From the NCBI GenBank assembly GCA_043816025.1, contig JBDRIH010000048.1, forward strand, positions 1 to 51,928: DNA of 51,928 nucleotides, given 5' to 3'. Shown here piece by piece: positions 37,409-46,659 of this stretch. Positions within the stretch are counted from its first letter, which is position 1. Every line of letters starts with the position of its first letter. A program made the position numbers and the translations under genes. Under the pieces are notes generated by a model, which had not been told where the DNA came from, did no database searches, and was given only the letters and a program-made list of their open reading frames with translations. Source of the DNA: Candidatus Omnitrophota bacterium. Its GTDB lineage: Bacteria > Omnitrophota > Gorgyraeia > Tantalellales > Tantalellaceae.

Positions 37409-38821
37409 ATGAATTTGTTTAAATATCTGTCTTTAGGTACAAAAAGCTTGAAGTATAAACTGATGATAGCTTTCTGCCTTATGTCTATTGTCCCTCTTCT
37501 GATCCTGGCGTATTTTGTTTCAAACTATATATTCCCGCATACAATGGCAGACATGTTCGAGACCAGTGCCATTGTCCTTTTTACTGTATGGGTATCCTTC
37601 GCCGGTTACATACTGATAAAAGAGATCATAACCCCCGTTATCAGCCTTGCCATAGAGGCAAAGATAATAGCGGAAGGGCAGTATGACACAAAGATCCTGC
37701 TTAAGAGGGAAGATGAACTGGGCGACATAGCCACTGCCGTTAATACCATGACCGGCAAGATGCGCAGCTATATAGGAGAACTTCAGGAATACAGCAAAAA
37801 AACGGCCGATCTTAACGCCAGAGTACACAGAAAGGTGCTCACGCTTACAAATTTGATGAGGCTGGGCGATCTTATCTGCTCGGGAGCCGGGTTCGAAGAG
37901 GTAGCCGGCTTTGCCGCCGAGAGGATGGCGGGAGAGGTGTACGGCGGTTTTTGCGCAATCTTCAGGAAGGAAAAGGAGGGCAGATATTCTCCCGAGTCTT
38001 TTTTTAATAATTCCGGCAGGGATATTGCCGCCGGTACCATTGAATCGGAGCTCTATTCTATAGAAAAACTTCTCGTTAAAAAAGAGTCCCTTCTGGTTGA
38101 TTCGCGTCCAGCAGGGGAGCCGTGGCAGAAGGACCTCAGGGACAGACTCGGAAAGATAAACGTTATACTGGTTCCCATGAAACTGGGCGGCAACATTGTG
38201 GGGATTATCGTGCTCGGCAATTTTGCGGATGATATCAAGTTCGATTCCGAGAACGTAGACGTATTAATGGCTTTTGCGAAAGAGTTGGTTATAGGATACC
38301 AGAGCTCGCAAGCACTTGAAAAGGTGAAAAGCCTGGAAATCATTGACAGTCTTACCGGGCTTTATACGTTTTCTTATCTTAAAGAAAGGCTGGAAGAAGA
38401 GATCTCGAGGGCTGTGTATTATCAAAGGCCCTGTTCTCTTATAGTGGTGACTATGGATGATTTTCAAAAATACTCGGATCATTACGGCGCGTTAAAGACA
38501 GAACGGGTCATGAAACAAGTAGGCAGGCTTTTAAGTGAAGTCATGCCGCCGGTCGGTAAGGTCGCAAGGCTCGACCAGGACGAATTCGGGGCGCTTTTAC
38601 CCGAGATGAACAAAAGAGAGAGTCTCGAGTTGGCCGAAAATATTCGCAAGAAAATAGAGGAAATGAAGTTTTCTGACGCGGCGGATGATAGAATTACCGT
38701 GAGTATCGGGGTCGGCGAAAACCCCATTGACGGCGCGAATGCGGAAGAGATCCTTGCTAAATCCCGTCAGTATGTGGCCAGGGCCAGACAAGAAGGTAAG
38801 AATAAAGTAGTGGGAGAATAA
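37409..38821 (+). CDS. Membrane HAMP-GAF-like-GGDEF protein with a degenerate active site
   Basis: Two TM helices, HAMP (REDELG.IA.A.N.M), DSLTGL and ITVSIGV; DQDEF in place of GGDEF. Confidence 0.85.
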   Translation: MNLFKYLSLGTKSLKYKLMIAFCLMSIVPLLILAYFVSNYIFPHTMADMFETSAIVLFTVWVSFAGYILIKEIITPVISLAIEAKIIAEGQYDTKILLKREDELGDIATAVNTMTGKMRSYIGELQEYSKKTADLNARVHRKVLTLTNLMRLGDLICSGAGFEEVAGFAAERMAGEVYGGFCAIFRKEKEGRYSPESFFNNSGRDIAAGTIESELYSIEKLLVKKESLLVDSRPAGEPWQKDLRDRLGKINVILVPMKLGGNIVGIIVLGNFADDIKFDSENVDVLMAFAKELVIGYQSSQALEKVKSLEIIDSLTGLYTFSYLKERLEEEISRAVYYQRPCSLIVVTMDDFQKYSDHYGALKTERVMKQVGRLLSEVMPPVGKVARLDQDEFGALLPEMNKRESLELAENIRKKIEEMKFSDAADDRITVSIGVGENPIDGANAEEILAKSRQYVARARQEGKNKVVGE

Positions 38822-38834
38822 AGGAGATATATAC

Positions 38835-39908
38835 ATGAGAGACGATATCAGAAAAATACTGATGGATATGCCCGAGAAAAAAGCCTCCGACGTTCATATC
38901 GGCGCACACACGCCAGTACATTATCGCATTGATAATGTACTGGTAGCCATAGGAGAAGGGTCCTTATCCGAGGAAGAGGCGAGAGATGCGATTTTCAGCA
39001 TGCTTAGCGAGGAACAGATAGAAAGACTGGAAGAGGAAAAGGAACTCGATTTTTCCCTGACGTTAGAGAATGCGGGACGGTACAGGGGTAATGCCTTTAT
39101 TCAGCGGGGCTGTGCGGGTTGCGCCATAAGGCTGATACCTTTGCGTATATGGAGTCTGTCGGAATGCGGGTTGCCCGAAGAAGTGGTGCGTAGGTTTTGC
39201 AACATCCAGAGAGGGCTGGTCCTGGTGACCGGTGCGACAGGCAGCGGCAAAACAACGACCCTTGCGTCTATGGTGGATGAGATCAACAGGAGCCGCCCGT
39301 GTCACATAGTGACGGTCGAGGATCCCATCGAGTTTGTCCATAAAAACAAAAAGGCCATCATCGACCAGCGGCAGCTGTTCGAGGATACCTATTCCTTCGG
39401 CAATGCTTTGAGGCATGTGCTGAGGCAGGATCCGGACGTTATTCTTATAGGTGAATTGCGTGATCTTGATACCATACAGCAGGCGTTGATCATAGCCGAT
39501 ACGGGACATCTCGTCCTGGGCACGCTTCATACCTCGGACAGTATCCAGACAATAAACCGCATAGTGGATGTGTTCCCGGCGCATCAGCAGAGGCAGATCA
39601 GGGTTCAGCTTTCGTTTGTTTTGGCGGGTATTGTTTCGCAGCAGCTAGTGCCGCGCAAGGATCAACCCGGCAGGGTTCTGGCTGCCGAGGTTCTGGTGGC
39701 GACCCCGGCTGTCAGAAGCATGATACGCGAAGCTAAGGAACACCAGATCTACTCTATTATCCAGACTTCTCAAAAATCCGGGATGAGGACGATGAACCAG
39801 GCCCTGGCCGAACTTTATGCGGCCGATGCGATAGCATACGATGACGCGATTGTCAGGTCGTCTGACGTTGAGGAATTGACCAAAACGATTGGCCAGCGCC
39901 AGCCGTGA
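38835..39908 (+). CDS. pilT: Type IV pilus retraction ATPase PilT
   Basis: ASD.H, GATGSGKTTT, EDPIE, RQDPD.I..GE.RD and AVRSMIRE motifs. Confidence 0.92.
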   Translation: MRDDIRKILMDMPEKKASDVHIGAHTPVHYRIDNVLVAIGEGSLSEEEARDAIFSMLSEEQIERLEEEKELDFSLTLENAGRYRGNAFIQRGCAGCAIRLIPLRIWSLSECGLPEEVVRRFCNIQRGLVLVTGATGSGKTTTLASMVDEINRSRPCHIVTVEDPIEFVHKNKKAIIDQRQLFEDTYSFGNALRHVLRQDPDVILIGELRDLDTIQQALIIADTGHLVLGTLHTSDSIQTINRIVDVFPAHQQRQIRVQLSFVLAGIVSQQLVPRKDQPGRVLAAEVLVATPAVRSMIREAKEHQIYSIIQTSQKSGMRTMNQALAELYAADAIAYDDAIVRSSDVEELTKTIGQRQP

Positions 39909-39922
39909 AGTAAGGAGAAAAA

Positions 39923-40363
39923 GTGGCACCTGAAAAACGCATAGGAAAGAAACTCGGAGAGATACTTTTCGCTAACGGGATTATCTCTGAAGAACAGCTG
40001 CATCGTGCCCTTGATTTCCAGAGACACGAAGGAGGCCTCTTAGGGGAGATCCTGGTCAAACTGGGATATGTGAAGGAGGAGGATATAGTTCACGCGTTGA
40101 CTGTCCAGTACGGGTTTCCCTATCTTCCGCTGGAAAATTATGAACTGAAGAAAGAGGTCAAGAGCGCGATCCCGGAAAACGTAGCCAGGCAGTACAGCGT
40201 TGTGCCGCTTGACTTGATGGGCGGGATCATCACCGTTGCGATGTCGAATCCGCTTAATGAAAAGGCTGTCGAAGATATCGAGATGATAACAAAAAAGAAA
40301 GTCCAGATCTTTATAAGCACCGTTACATCCGTACACGAAGCTTTAAACAAACTTTACAAATAA
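39923..40363 (+). CDS. Stand-alone MshEN / T2SSE-N domain protein
   Basis: KLGEILFANGIISEEQLHRALDFQ followed by LLGEILVKLGYV, then a VAMSNP subdomain; no ATPase domain. Confidence 0.85.
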   Translation: MAPEKRIGKKLGEILFANGIISEEQLHRALDFQRHEGGLLGEILVKLGYVKEEDIVHALTVQYGFPYLPLENYELKKEVKSAIPENVARQYSVVPLDLMGGIITVAMSNPLNEKAVEDIEMITKKKVQIFISTVTSVHEALNKLYK

Positions 40364-40386
40364 GCCCATGGCTAAGGGGCGCCAAT

Positions 40387-42111
40387 ATGGTCCTGTCGCT
40401 GACGAAAAAAATTTGTGATCTTCTTATCGAAAAAAAACTTGTCTCGGAAGACGACCTGAAAAAGGCCCGCCAGATAAATTCGGAAAAAGGAGGCAGCCTC
40501 AGCGATATTCTGGTCAAGATGAACGTTGTGTCCAAGGACGATCTTCTGACCACTCTCAGCGAGGGATTGGGTTTTCCCCCGGTCGATCTTTCACGTTTAC
40601 GGATCGACGATGACACGCTTAGGCTGATACCCAAAAGGGTGGCGGAGATGTATCAGATATTGCCGATATCTCACACGGGAAAACGTCTTACCGTGGCTAT
40701 GGTGGATCCGCTCAACATCCTGGCTCTGGATGACCTTAAGATACTGACACAGCTGGATATAAGTCCGGTAATCTCGTCCGAGGACGACATGAAGGAAGCG
40801 ATACGCAAATATTATGAGAAGTCGGCCGACGAGGAGATCAGCGCGATAGTGGAAGACATCAAAAGTTCACAGATAGAAATGGTCTCCGGCGACGAAGAGA
40901 GGGTTTCTTCCGAAGAGCTCTTGCGCATAACGGAAGAGGCGCCGGTGGTGAAACTCACCAACATGATATTGAGTAGAGCCGTGAAAGAGCGCGCCAGCGA
41001 CATCCTGGTAGAACCGATGGAGGCAAATACCCGGGTCAGGTACCGGATAGACGGAGTATTGTGCGAGCGTTATGAGCCTCCCAAAAAACTGCACCGGGCG
41101 CTGGTATCGCGTCTTAAGGTCATGTCGGACCTTGATATCGCCGAAAGACGCCTGCCTCAGGACGGGCGCTTCAGGATAAAGGCCGAGGACAGGAAGATAG
41201 ATTTCAGGATCTCCGTTGTTCCGGCCAGTTTCGGGGAGAAGGTGGCTTTGAGGATACTTGACAAGGGGCAGGCCAATCTGGATCTCGATGTACTCGGGTT
41301 TAAGGAACGCGACAGAAAGAAGATACGCGCTGCCAGCGAGAGACCTCACGGCATGATACTGGTGTGCGGCCCGACGGGGTGCGGTAAGACTACTACACTC
41401 TATTCCGTATTAAAACACGTGGACGATCCCGGGAAAAACCTCGTAACCGTAGAAGACCCCGTGGAATACGAACTTAAAGGGATCAATCAGGTCTCCATAA
41501 ACGAGGCGATAGGATTGACCTTCGCAGGGTGTCTGAGGTCCATCCTGAGGCAGGATCCGGACATAATCATGGTCGGGGAAATCAGGGATTTCGAGACACT
41601 TGATATAGCCATCAAATCCGCCCTGACGGGTCATCTTGTCCTGAGCACGCTTCATACAAATACCGCAAGCGGGGCGATCGTAAGGATGGTGAATATGGGG
41701 GTTGAACCCTTTCTTGTCGCGGCCTCTGTCGAGCTTATTGCGTCGCAGCGGTTGTTGAGAAAATTGTGCCCCGAATGCAAAAAACCATACATACCCTCTA
41801 AGGAGATTGCCGAGAAGTACGGTATTTTTGACGAAAAAGGCAGGGCGGCGCAGATTTACAGACCCGCGGGGTGCAGTAAATGCGTGGATTCCGGTTATCA
41901 GGGAAGGATCGGTATCATCGAGTGTATAAGTCTGACCCCGGCGATAAAAGAACTTATATTTAAGCGCGCGCAGGGCGCGGAGATCGATAAAACGGCCAGA
42001 GCCGAAGGTATGATCACCATGAGAGAGAACGGCATAGAGAACGTCATCGAAGGCGTCACTTCTCTTGAAGAAGTTCTGCGCTCGACCCTTGAAGACAGCC
42101 AAACGGGGTAA
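40387..42111 (+). CDS. pilB: Type IV pilus assembly ATPase PilB/GspE family, paralogue 1
   Basis: ERRLPQDGR, GPTGCGKTTT, EDPVE, GEIRD and CxxC...CxxC motifs. Confidence 0.9.
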   Translation: MVLSLTKKICDLLIEKKLVSEDDLKKARQINSEKGGSLSDILVKMNVVSKDDLLTTLSEGLGFPPVDLSRLRIDDDTLRLIPKRVAEMYQILPISHTGKRLTVAMVDPLNILALDDLKILTQLDISPVISSEDDMKEAIRKYYEKSADEEISAIVEDIKSSQIEMVSGDEERVSSEELLRITEEAPVVKLTNMILSRAVKERASDILVEPMEANTRVRYRIDGVLCERYEPPKKLHRALVSRLKVMSDLDIAERRLPQDGRFRIKAEDRKIDFRISVVPASFGEKVALRILDKGQANLDLDVLGFKERDRKKIRAASERPHGMILVCGPTGCGKTTTLYSVLKHVDDPGKNLVTVEDPVEYELKGINQVSINEAIGLTFAGCLRSILRQDPDIIMVGEIRDFETLDIAIKSALTGHLVLSTLHTNTASGAIVRMVNMGVEPFLVAASVELIASQRLLRKLCPECKKPYIPSKEIAEKYGIFDEKGRAAQIYRPAGCSKCVDSGYQGRIGIIECISLTPAIKELIFKRAQGAEIDKTARAEGMITMRENGIENVIEGVTSLEEVLRSTLEDSQTG

Positions 42112-42116
42112 ACTAT

Positions 42117-43820
42117 ATGGAGATATCCATAAAAGACAGGATTGTAAAGGCTCTCCAGGAAATCAAGCTGGTTGATAAAAAGCGCCTGAAAAATGTGTTG
42201 GACGAAACACAGAAGAAAAATAAAGGCGATATTATAAATGCGCTTGCCGAAAGCGGCGTCATAACGCCCCGCGACCTTTTGACGGTATTAAGCATGGAGC
42301 TGGACATTCCGCCTATCGATATTTCAAGGGTTGCCATACATGAGCAGGTCATGGCCCTGGTGCCCGAGCGCCTGGCGCGTCGGTATTCCGTAGTGCCCCT
42401 GTCAAAGATAGGGAAAAAACTGACGCTTGTGGTTTCCGACCCTACCGATATTTTTGCGATAGACGACATCAAGACGGTTACGGGTTGCGATGTGCAACTT
42501 GTTCTGGCTACCCGTCGTGATCTACAGGAAGTCTTACGGTCTTTTTACGAACAGGAGGAGGATATCTCCGCCCTTATAGAGTCAGAGGAAGGAGAATCCG
42601 ACGTTCAGATCATCGGCAAGACCGAGGGCCTTGACGCGACGGAGATAACCAAAGAGAGCAAGACCGCTCCGATCGTCAAGATCGTTAATCTGGTCATAAG
42701 CGAGGCGGTCAAGAAAAGAGCAAGTGATATACACGTCGAGCCGCAGGAAAAATCCCTGCGTATTAGGTACCGCGTGGACGGTGAACTGCATGACGCCTTT
42801 GACCTGCCAAAAAAGAACCAAAATGCCGTAATTGCCCGTCTTAAGATAATGTCGAACCTGGATATTACGGAAACAAGGACACCCCAGGACGGCAGATTCC
42901 GTATAAAGATGGAGAGGAAAGAGATCGATTTTCGTGTGTCCGCGCTGCCGACGGTTTTCGGTAATAAGATGGTCCTCCGGGCCCTCGATAAAAGTAATTT
43001 ATCCGTGGGGCTGGAGACGCTCGGGTTTCTGCCCGAGCCGCTGGCCGATTTTAAAAAAGCCCTTTCAAAGCCTTTCGGGATAATACTGGTCACCGGTCCC
43101 ACCGGTAGCGGAAAATCCACAACGCTTTATTCCGTACTCAGCGAAATGAACGTTCCAGAAAAGAACATAATCACCATCGAAGACCCGGTAGAATACCAGG
43201 TTGCCGGGATAACACAGATAGCGGCGCGTCCGGAGATAGGCCTGGATTTTGCCGGAGGATTAAGGGCCCTACTCAGGCAAAGCCCGGATGTGATAATGGT
43301 CGGGGAGATAAGGGATTTTGAGACGGCCGATATAGCTATTAAAGCTTCTCTTACGGGGCAGATGGTACTCAGCACGCTGCATACAAACGATGCTGTAGGG
43401 GCCATTACACGTCTTGTGAATATGGGGATCGAACCGTTCCTCGTGGCTTCAAGTCTTGTTATGGCCTGCGCCCAGAGACTTCTTAGGAAGATCTGTCCGC
43501 ATTGCAAGGTCGACGAGGAAATCCCCAAAGAGGTATTAAAGGACATAAGAAAAAAATATCCGGAAGCCGCAAGCGTGGATAAGTTCTACAAGGGTAAAGG
43601 TTGCGCGAGATGCAACGGCACCGGGTACTTGGGCAGGATAGGGACACTGGAAACTTTACTCGTGGATGACGAGATAAGAGAGATGATAAACAAAAATACG
43701 TCCGAAGAGGAAATGAAGGAATACTTGAGATCGAAGGGTGTAAAGACCATACGGGACAACGCGATGCGGAAATTTTTCAAGGGATGGACTACCCTCGAGG
43801 AAGTATTAAGAGTGACATAA
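42117..43820 (+). CDS. pilB: Type IV pilus assembly ATPase PilB/GspE family, paralogue 2
   Basis: ASDIH.EP, GPTGSGKSTT, GEIRD and tetra-Cys motifs. Confidence 0.9.
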   Translation: MEISIKDRIVKALQEIKLVDKKRLKNVLDETQKKNKGDIINALAESGVITPRDLLTVLSMELDIPPIDISRVAIHEQVMALVPERLARRYSVVPLSKIGKKLTLVVSDPTDIFAIDDIKTVTGCDVQLVLATRRDLQEVLRSFYEQEEDISALIESEEGESDVQIIGKTEGLDATEITKESKTAPIVKIVNLVISEAVKKRASDIHVEPQEKSLRIRYRVDGELHDAFDLPKKNQNAVIARLKIMSNLDITETRTPQDGRFRIKMERKEIDFRVSALPTVFGNKMVLRALDKSNLSVGLETLGFLPEPLADFKKALSKPFGIILVTGPTGSGKSTTLYSVLSEMNVPEKNIITIEDPVEYQVAGITQIAARPEIGLDFAGGLRALLRQSPDVIMVGEIRDFETADIAIKASLTGQMVLSTLHTNDAVGAITRLVNMGIEPFLVASSLVMACAQRLLRKICPHCKVDEEIPKEVLKDIRKKYPEAASVDKFYKGKGCARCNGTGYLGRIGTLETLLVDDEIREMINKNTSEEEMKEYLRSKGVKTIRDNAMRKFFKGWTTLEEVLRVT

Positions 43821-43843
43821 TCAGGTGTCAGGAAAGGATACAA

Positions 43844-45064
43844 ATGCCCACGTTTATATATACGGCAAAAGACAGGGACGGGCGCACCGTAAAAGGCGAG
43901 ATGCAGGTTCCCGATAAAAAACATGCACTCAGTATTTTGCACGGGAAACAGTTGCTTATACTCAAGCTCAGGGAAGCCAAGGACACACCTTCGCTTTTTT
44001 CTTTGTTAAAATTGCCCGGCAGGAAAAAAGTGAAGATGGATGAACTTGTTATATTTACCCGGCAGCTGGCCACCATGACAGGGGCCGGCATAACCATTGT
44101 CAATTCGCTCGATACCCTTGCTGATCAAGAGGATAATGCCAGCTTTAAGAAGGCGTTGTGGGATATACGTGATTCGGTTAACACGGGAGCGAGCCTTTCC
44201 GAGGCGATGAGCAAACATGTAGTCATTTTTTCCGCTTTTTTTGTGAATATGATAAAAGCCGGTGAGTCCAGCGGCATGCTGGATGAAGTCCTTGAAAGAC
44301 TGGCGTTATATCTGGAAAAGACCAGCGCGCTTCAAAGGAAGATAAAATCGGCCATGATATATCCGATGGTTGTTACTTTTATGGCGATATCTATAACACT
44401 TATAATGATCTTGAAGGTAATACCCGTATTTAAGGATATCTTCGCCGGGTTCGGTGCCGCTTTGCCCGGACCCACACAGTTTCTGATAGATCTGAGTGAC
44501 ATGCTGCGGAAATATTTCTGGCTGTTTATTTTAGTTGGTGTGGTCGCGGTGCTTGCCGTAAGGTGGTATATTAACACCGAGAAGGGGAGGATGCTTGTAG
44601 ATGGTCTTAAATTAAAAATTCCGGTCTTCGGGCCCCTATTAAAAAAAGTCGCTATAAGCAAGTTTACCCGCACTTTAAGCACTCTTGTCAGGAGCGGAGT
44701 TTCCATACTTACAGCGCTGGAGATCGTCGCGAAGACTTCCGGCAATGTGGTCATCGAGAAGTCAGTTGAGAATGTAAAGGAAAGCGTGAGAGAAGGAGAG
44801 AGTATAGCCGCTCCTATGGAAAAAAGCGGGATATTCCCTCCTATAGTTACCCGCATGGTTTCAGTCGGGGAGAAAAGCGGTGAGCTTGAAAAGATGCTTA
44901 CAAAGATCGCGGATTTTTTTGACAGCCAGGTCGATAGCGCCGTCGATGGTATGACCAGCCTGATAGAACCTCTTATTATAGCTTTTCTTGGCATAGTGAT
45001 AGGGGGCATAGTGATCTGCATGTTCCTCCCGATATTCAAGATATCCACCATCATCAATTTTTAG
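43844..45064 (+). CDS. pilC: Type IV pilus platform protein PilC (T2SSF family)
   Basis: FTRQLATM, AGE.SG.L, YP, GE.SG.L and LIEP motifs; RBS aaagga. Confidence 0.93.
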   Translation: MPTFIYTAKDRDGRTVKGEMQVPDKKHALSILHGKQLLILKLREAKDTPSLFSLLKLPGRKKVKMDELVIFTRQLATMTGAGITIVNSLDTLADQEDNASFKKALWDIRDSVNTGASLSEAMSKHVVIFSAFFVNMIKAGESSGMLDEVLERLALYLEKTSALQRKIKSAMIYPMVVTFMAISITLIMILKVIPVFKDIFAGFGAALPGPTQFLIDLSDMLRKYFWLFILVGVVAVLAVRWYINTEKGRMLVDGLKLKIPVFGPLLKKVAISKFTRTLSTLVRSGVSILTALEIVAKTSGNVVIEKSVENVKESVREGESIAAPMEKSGIFPPIVTRMVSVGEKSGELEKMLTKIADFFDSQVDSAVDGMTSLIEPLIIAFLGIVIGGIVICMFLPIFKISTIINF

Positions 45065-45080
45065 TAATAGTTTAGCTAAT

Positions 45081-45238
45081 GCTGCCTGATGTGATGGGCA
45101 TATCCTGCGCGCGCTGTAAAGTTATCTCTTTTTTATCATACTTCAGGCGTAGTAAATTCAAAGAAGTGTAAATTATTTTTATCCCAGGGGGAAGATAACT
45201 TTACACCGTGCTCGAACATGCCCATCACATCAGGCAGC
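45081..45238 (-). repeat. 158-nt hairpin element related to the ~200-nt rods
   Basis: 21-bp perfect terminal IR (45081-45101/45218-45238) and 13-bp inner IR (45115-45127/45193-45205). Confidence 0.8.
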
Positions 45239-45373
45239 TTTTTCTGAGCTAATTGTTACGATTAATATTAACCAAAAATTAATATGAAGTTAACATAATA
45301 TTAAAGGCTGTCGTGTATATTTTAAGTGAATGCAAAGAAAGCCACATGGAATGTTGTATATTTGCGGGGGGAT

Positions 45374-45402
45374 TTGCATTTTGGAGGGACTGCAGGTATA
45401 CT
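45374..45402 (+). promoter_or_regulatory. Sigma70 promoter, pilin 1
   Basis: TTGCAT-N17-TATACT; identical hexamers precede pilin 2. Confidence 0.7.
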
Positions 45403-45463
45403 AAAAATGGAAGAGTGGATAGGGGCCATTCTCCAGATTTATTTTTGAAAGGAGGTGAGAATA

Positions 45464-45808
45464 ATGAAGATGCGTAAATTTTTGGGCAAAGGCGGTTTTA
45501 CTCTTGTTGAGATCATGATAGTAGTTGCAATCATAGGTTTATTAGCTGCTATAGCCATACCGAACTTCATGAGGGCCCGTGAAAGAGCGCAGACAAACGC
45601 CTGTATAGCTAATCTGAAGCAGATTGACGGGGCCAAGACGCTTTATGCGCTGGACAGCAATCTGTCAACGGGCGCGAGTGTTGCAATGACGGACCTTGTA
45701 ACTGCTTATATTAAAGCTACACCGTCCTGTCCAGCCGGTGGGACGTACACTGTGGGAGTCATAGGCACTGATCCGACGTGTACCGTCACAGGACACGTGT
45801 TGCCTTGA
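45464..45808 (+). CDS. Type IV pilin (probable major pilin)
   Basis: MKMRKFLGKGG|FTLVEIMIVV class III signal; RBS aaggaggt; own promoter and terminator. Confidence 0.92.
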   Translation: MKMRKFLGKGGFTLVEIMIVVAIIGLLAAIAIPNFMRARERAQTNACIANLKQIDGAKTLYALDSNLSTGASVAMTDLVTAYIKATPSCPAGGTYTVGVIGTDPTCTVTGHVLP

Positions 45809-45834
45809 TCGGTTGTTTCAATGAGGGTAGAGGG

Positions 45835-45868
45835 AAAAGGGCAATCATTTAATGATTGCCCTTTTTTT
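45835..45868 (+). terminator. Rho-independent terminator
   Basis: aaaa-gggcaatcatt-t-aatgattgccc-ttttttt. Confidence 0.88.
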
Positions 45869-45902
45869 GTCCGCATTTTTAACCGGGACATGTACTGGAT
45901 GG

Positions 45903-45931
45903 TTGCATTTCTGAGTCTATAGGGGTATACT
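45903..45931 (+). promoter_or_regulatory. Sigma70 promoter, pilin 2
   Basis: TTGCAT(45903-45908)-N17-TATACT(45926-45931). Confidence 0.7.
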
Positions 45932-45966
45932 TTACGCAATTATTAAGGAAACAGGGAGGGGGTTTT

Positions 45967-46293
45967 CTGGATAAGAAAGGGTTTACTCTTGTTGAAATAA
46001 TGATAGTGGTTGCGATTATAGCATTAGTAGCCGCTATAGCCATACCGAACTTCATGAGGGCCCGCGAAAGAGCGCAGACAAATATCTGTATTGCGAACCT
46101 GAAACAGATCAATGAGGCAAAGTCCATGTGGGCCATGTGGGAAGGCGAGGTCTCATCGGATATACCCACGTGGAGTGACCTTGTAACCGCATATCTCCAG
46201 AAAACACCGACTTGTCCGGCAGGTGGAACTTATACGATAGAAAGCGTCGACGAGAATCCTACCTGCAGTGTTTCGGGACACGCTTTGCCGTAA
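45967..46293 (+). CDS. Type IV pilin paralogue 2 (inferred CTG start)
   Basis: (CTG)DKKG|FTLVEIMIVV; GGAGG 7 nt upstream; no in-frame ATG/GTG/TTG before the cleavage site. Confidence 0.82.
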   Translation: MDKKGFTLVEIMIVVAIIALVAAIAIPNFMRARERAQTNICIANLKQINEAKSMWAMWEGEVSSDIPTWSDLVTAYLQKTPTCPAGGTYTIESVDENPTCSVSGHALP

Positions 46294-46327
46294 TAAGAAT
46301 AAGAGACATTAAAAAAGGTGGAATTTC

Positions 46328-46654
46328 CTGAAGAAACAGGGTTTTACTCTTGCGGAAATCATGGTGGCTGTCGCGGTTTTAGGTGTGGTGATGGCTATAG
46401 TCATTCCCTCCATGATACAGATAGCACGTTCTGCTCATACAAAGATTTGCATAAAAAACCTGAAACGCGTCGAAGAGGCCAAGGCATTGTGGGCGATGGA
46501 TTATTCAATGGGAGGGGAGGATACGCCCGCGTGGAGCGACCTTGTAACCGCTTATGTCAAAAGCCGGCCTCGATGTCCTAATGGCGGTACTTATACTATC
46601 GGAAACATGAATACCAAGTCTACATGCAGCATCACAGGACACGTCCTGCCCTGA
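46328..46654 (+). CDS. Type IV pilin paralogue 3 (inferred CTG start)
   Basis: (CTG)KKQG|FTLAEIMVAV; aaggtgg upstream; in-frame TAA at 46310. Confidence 0.8.
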   Translation: MKKQGFTLAEIMVAVAVLGVVMAIVIPSMIQIARSAHTKICIKNLKRVEEAKALWAMDYSMGGEDTPAWSDLVTAYVKSRPRCPNGGTYTIGNMNTKSTCSITGHVLP

Positions 46655-46659
46655 TACCC

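Noticed and set aside
3782-45057. Numerous minus-strand ORFs of 60-240 aa
   Set aside because: They are antisense shadows of well-supported + strand genes and carry no motifs.
45967-46654. Pilins 2 and 3 as purely silent pilS-like cassettes
   Set aside because: Down-weighted rather than excluded: both keep intact leaders and Shine-Dalgarno-like sites, and pilin 2 has its own promoter.
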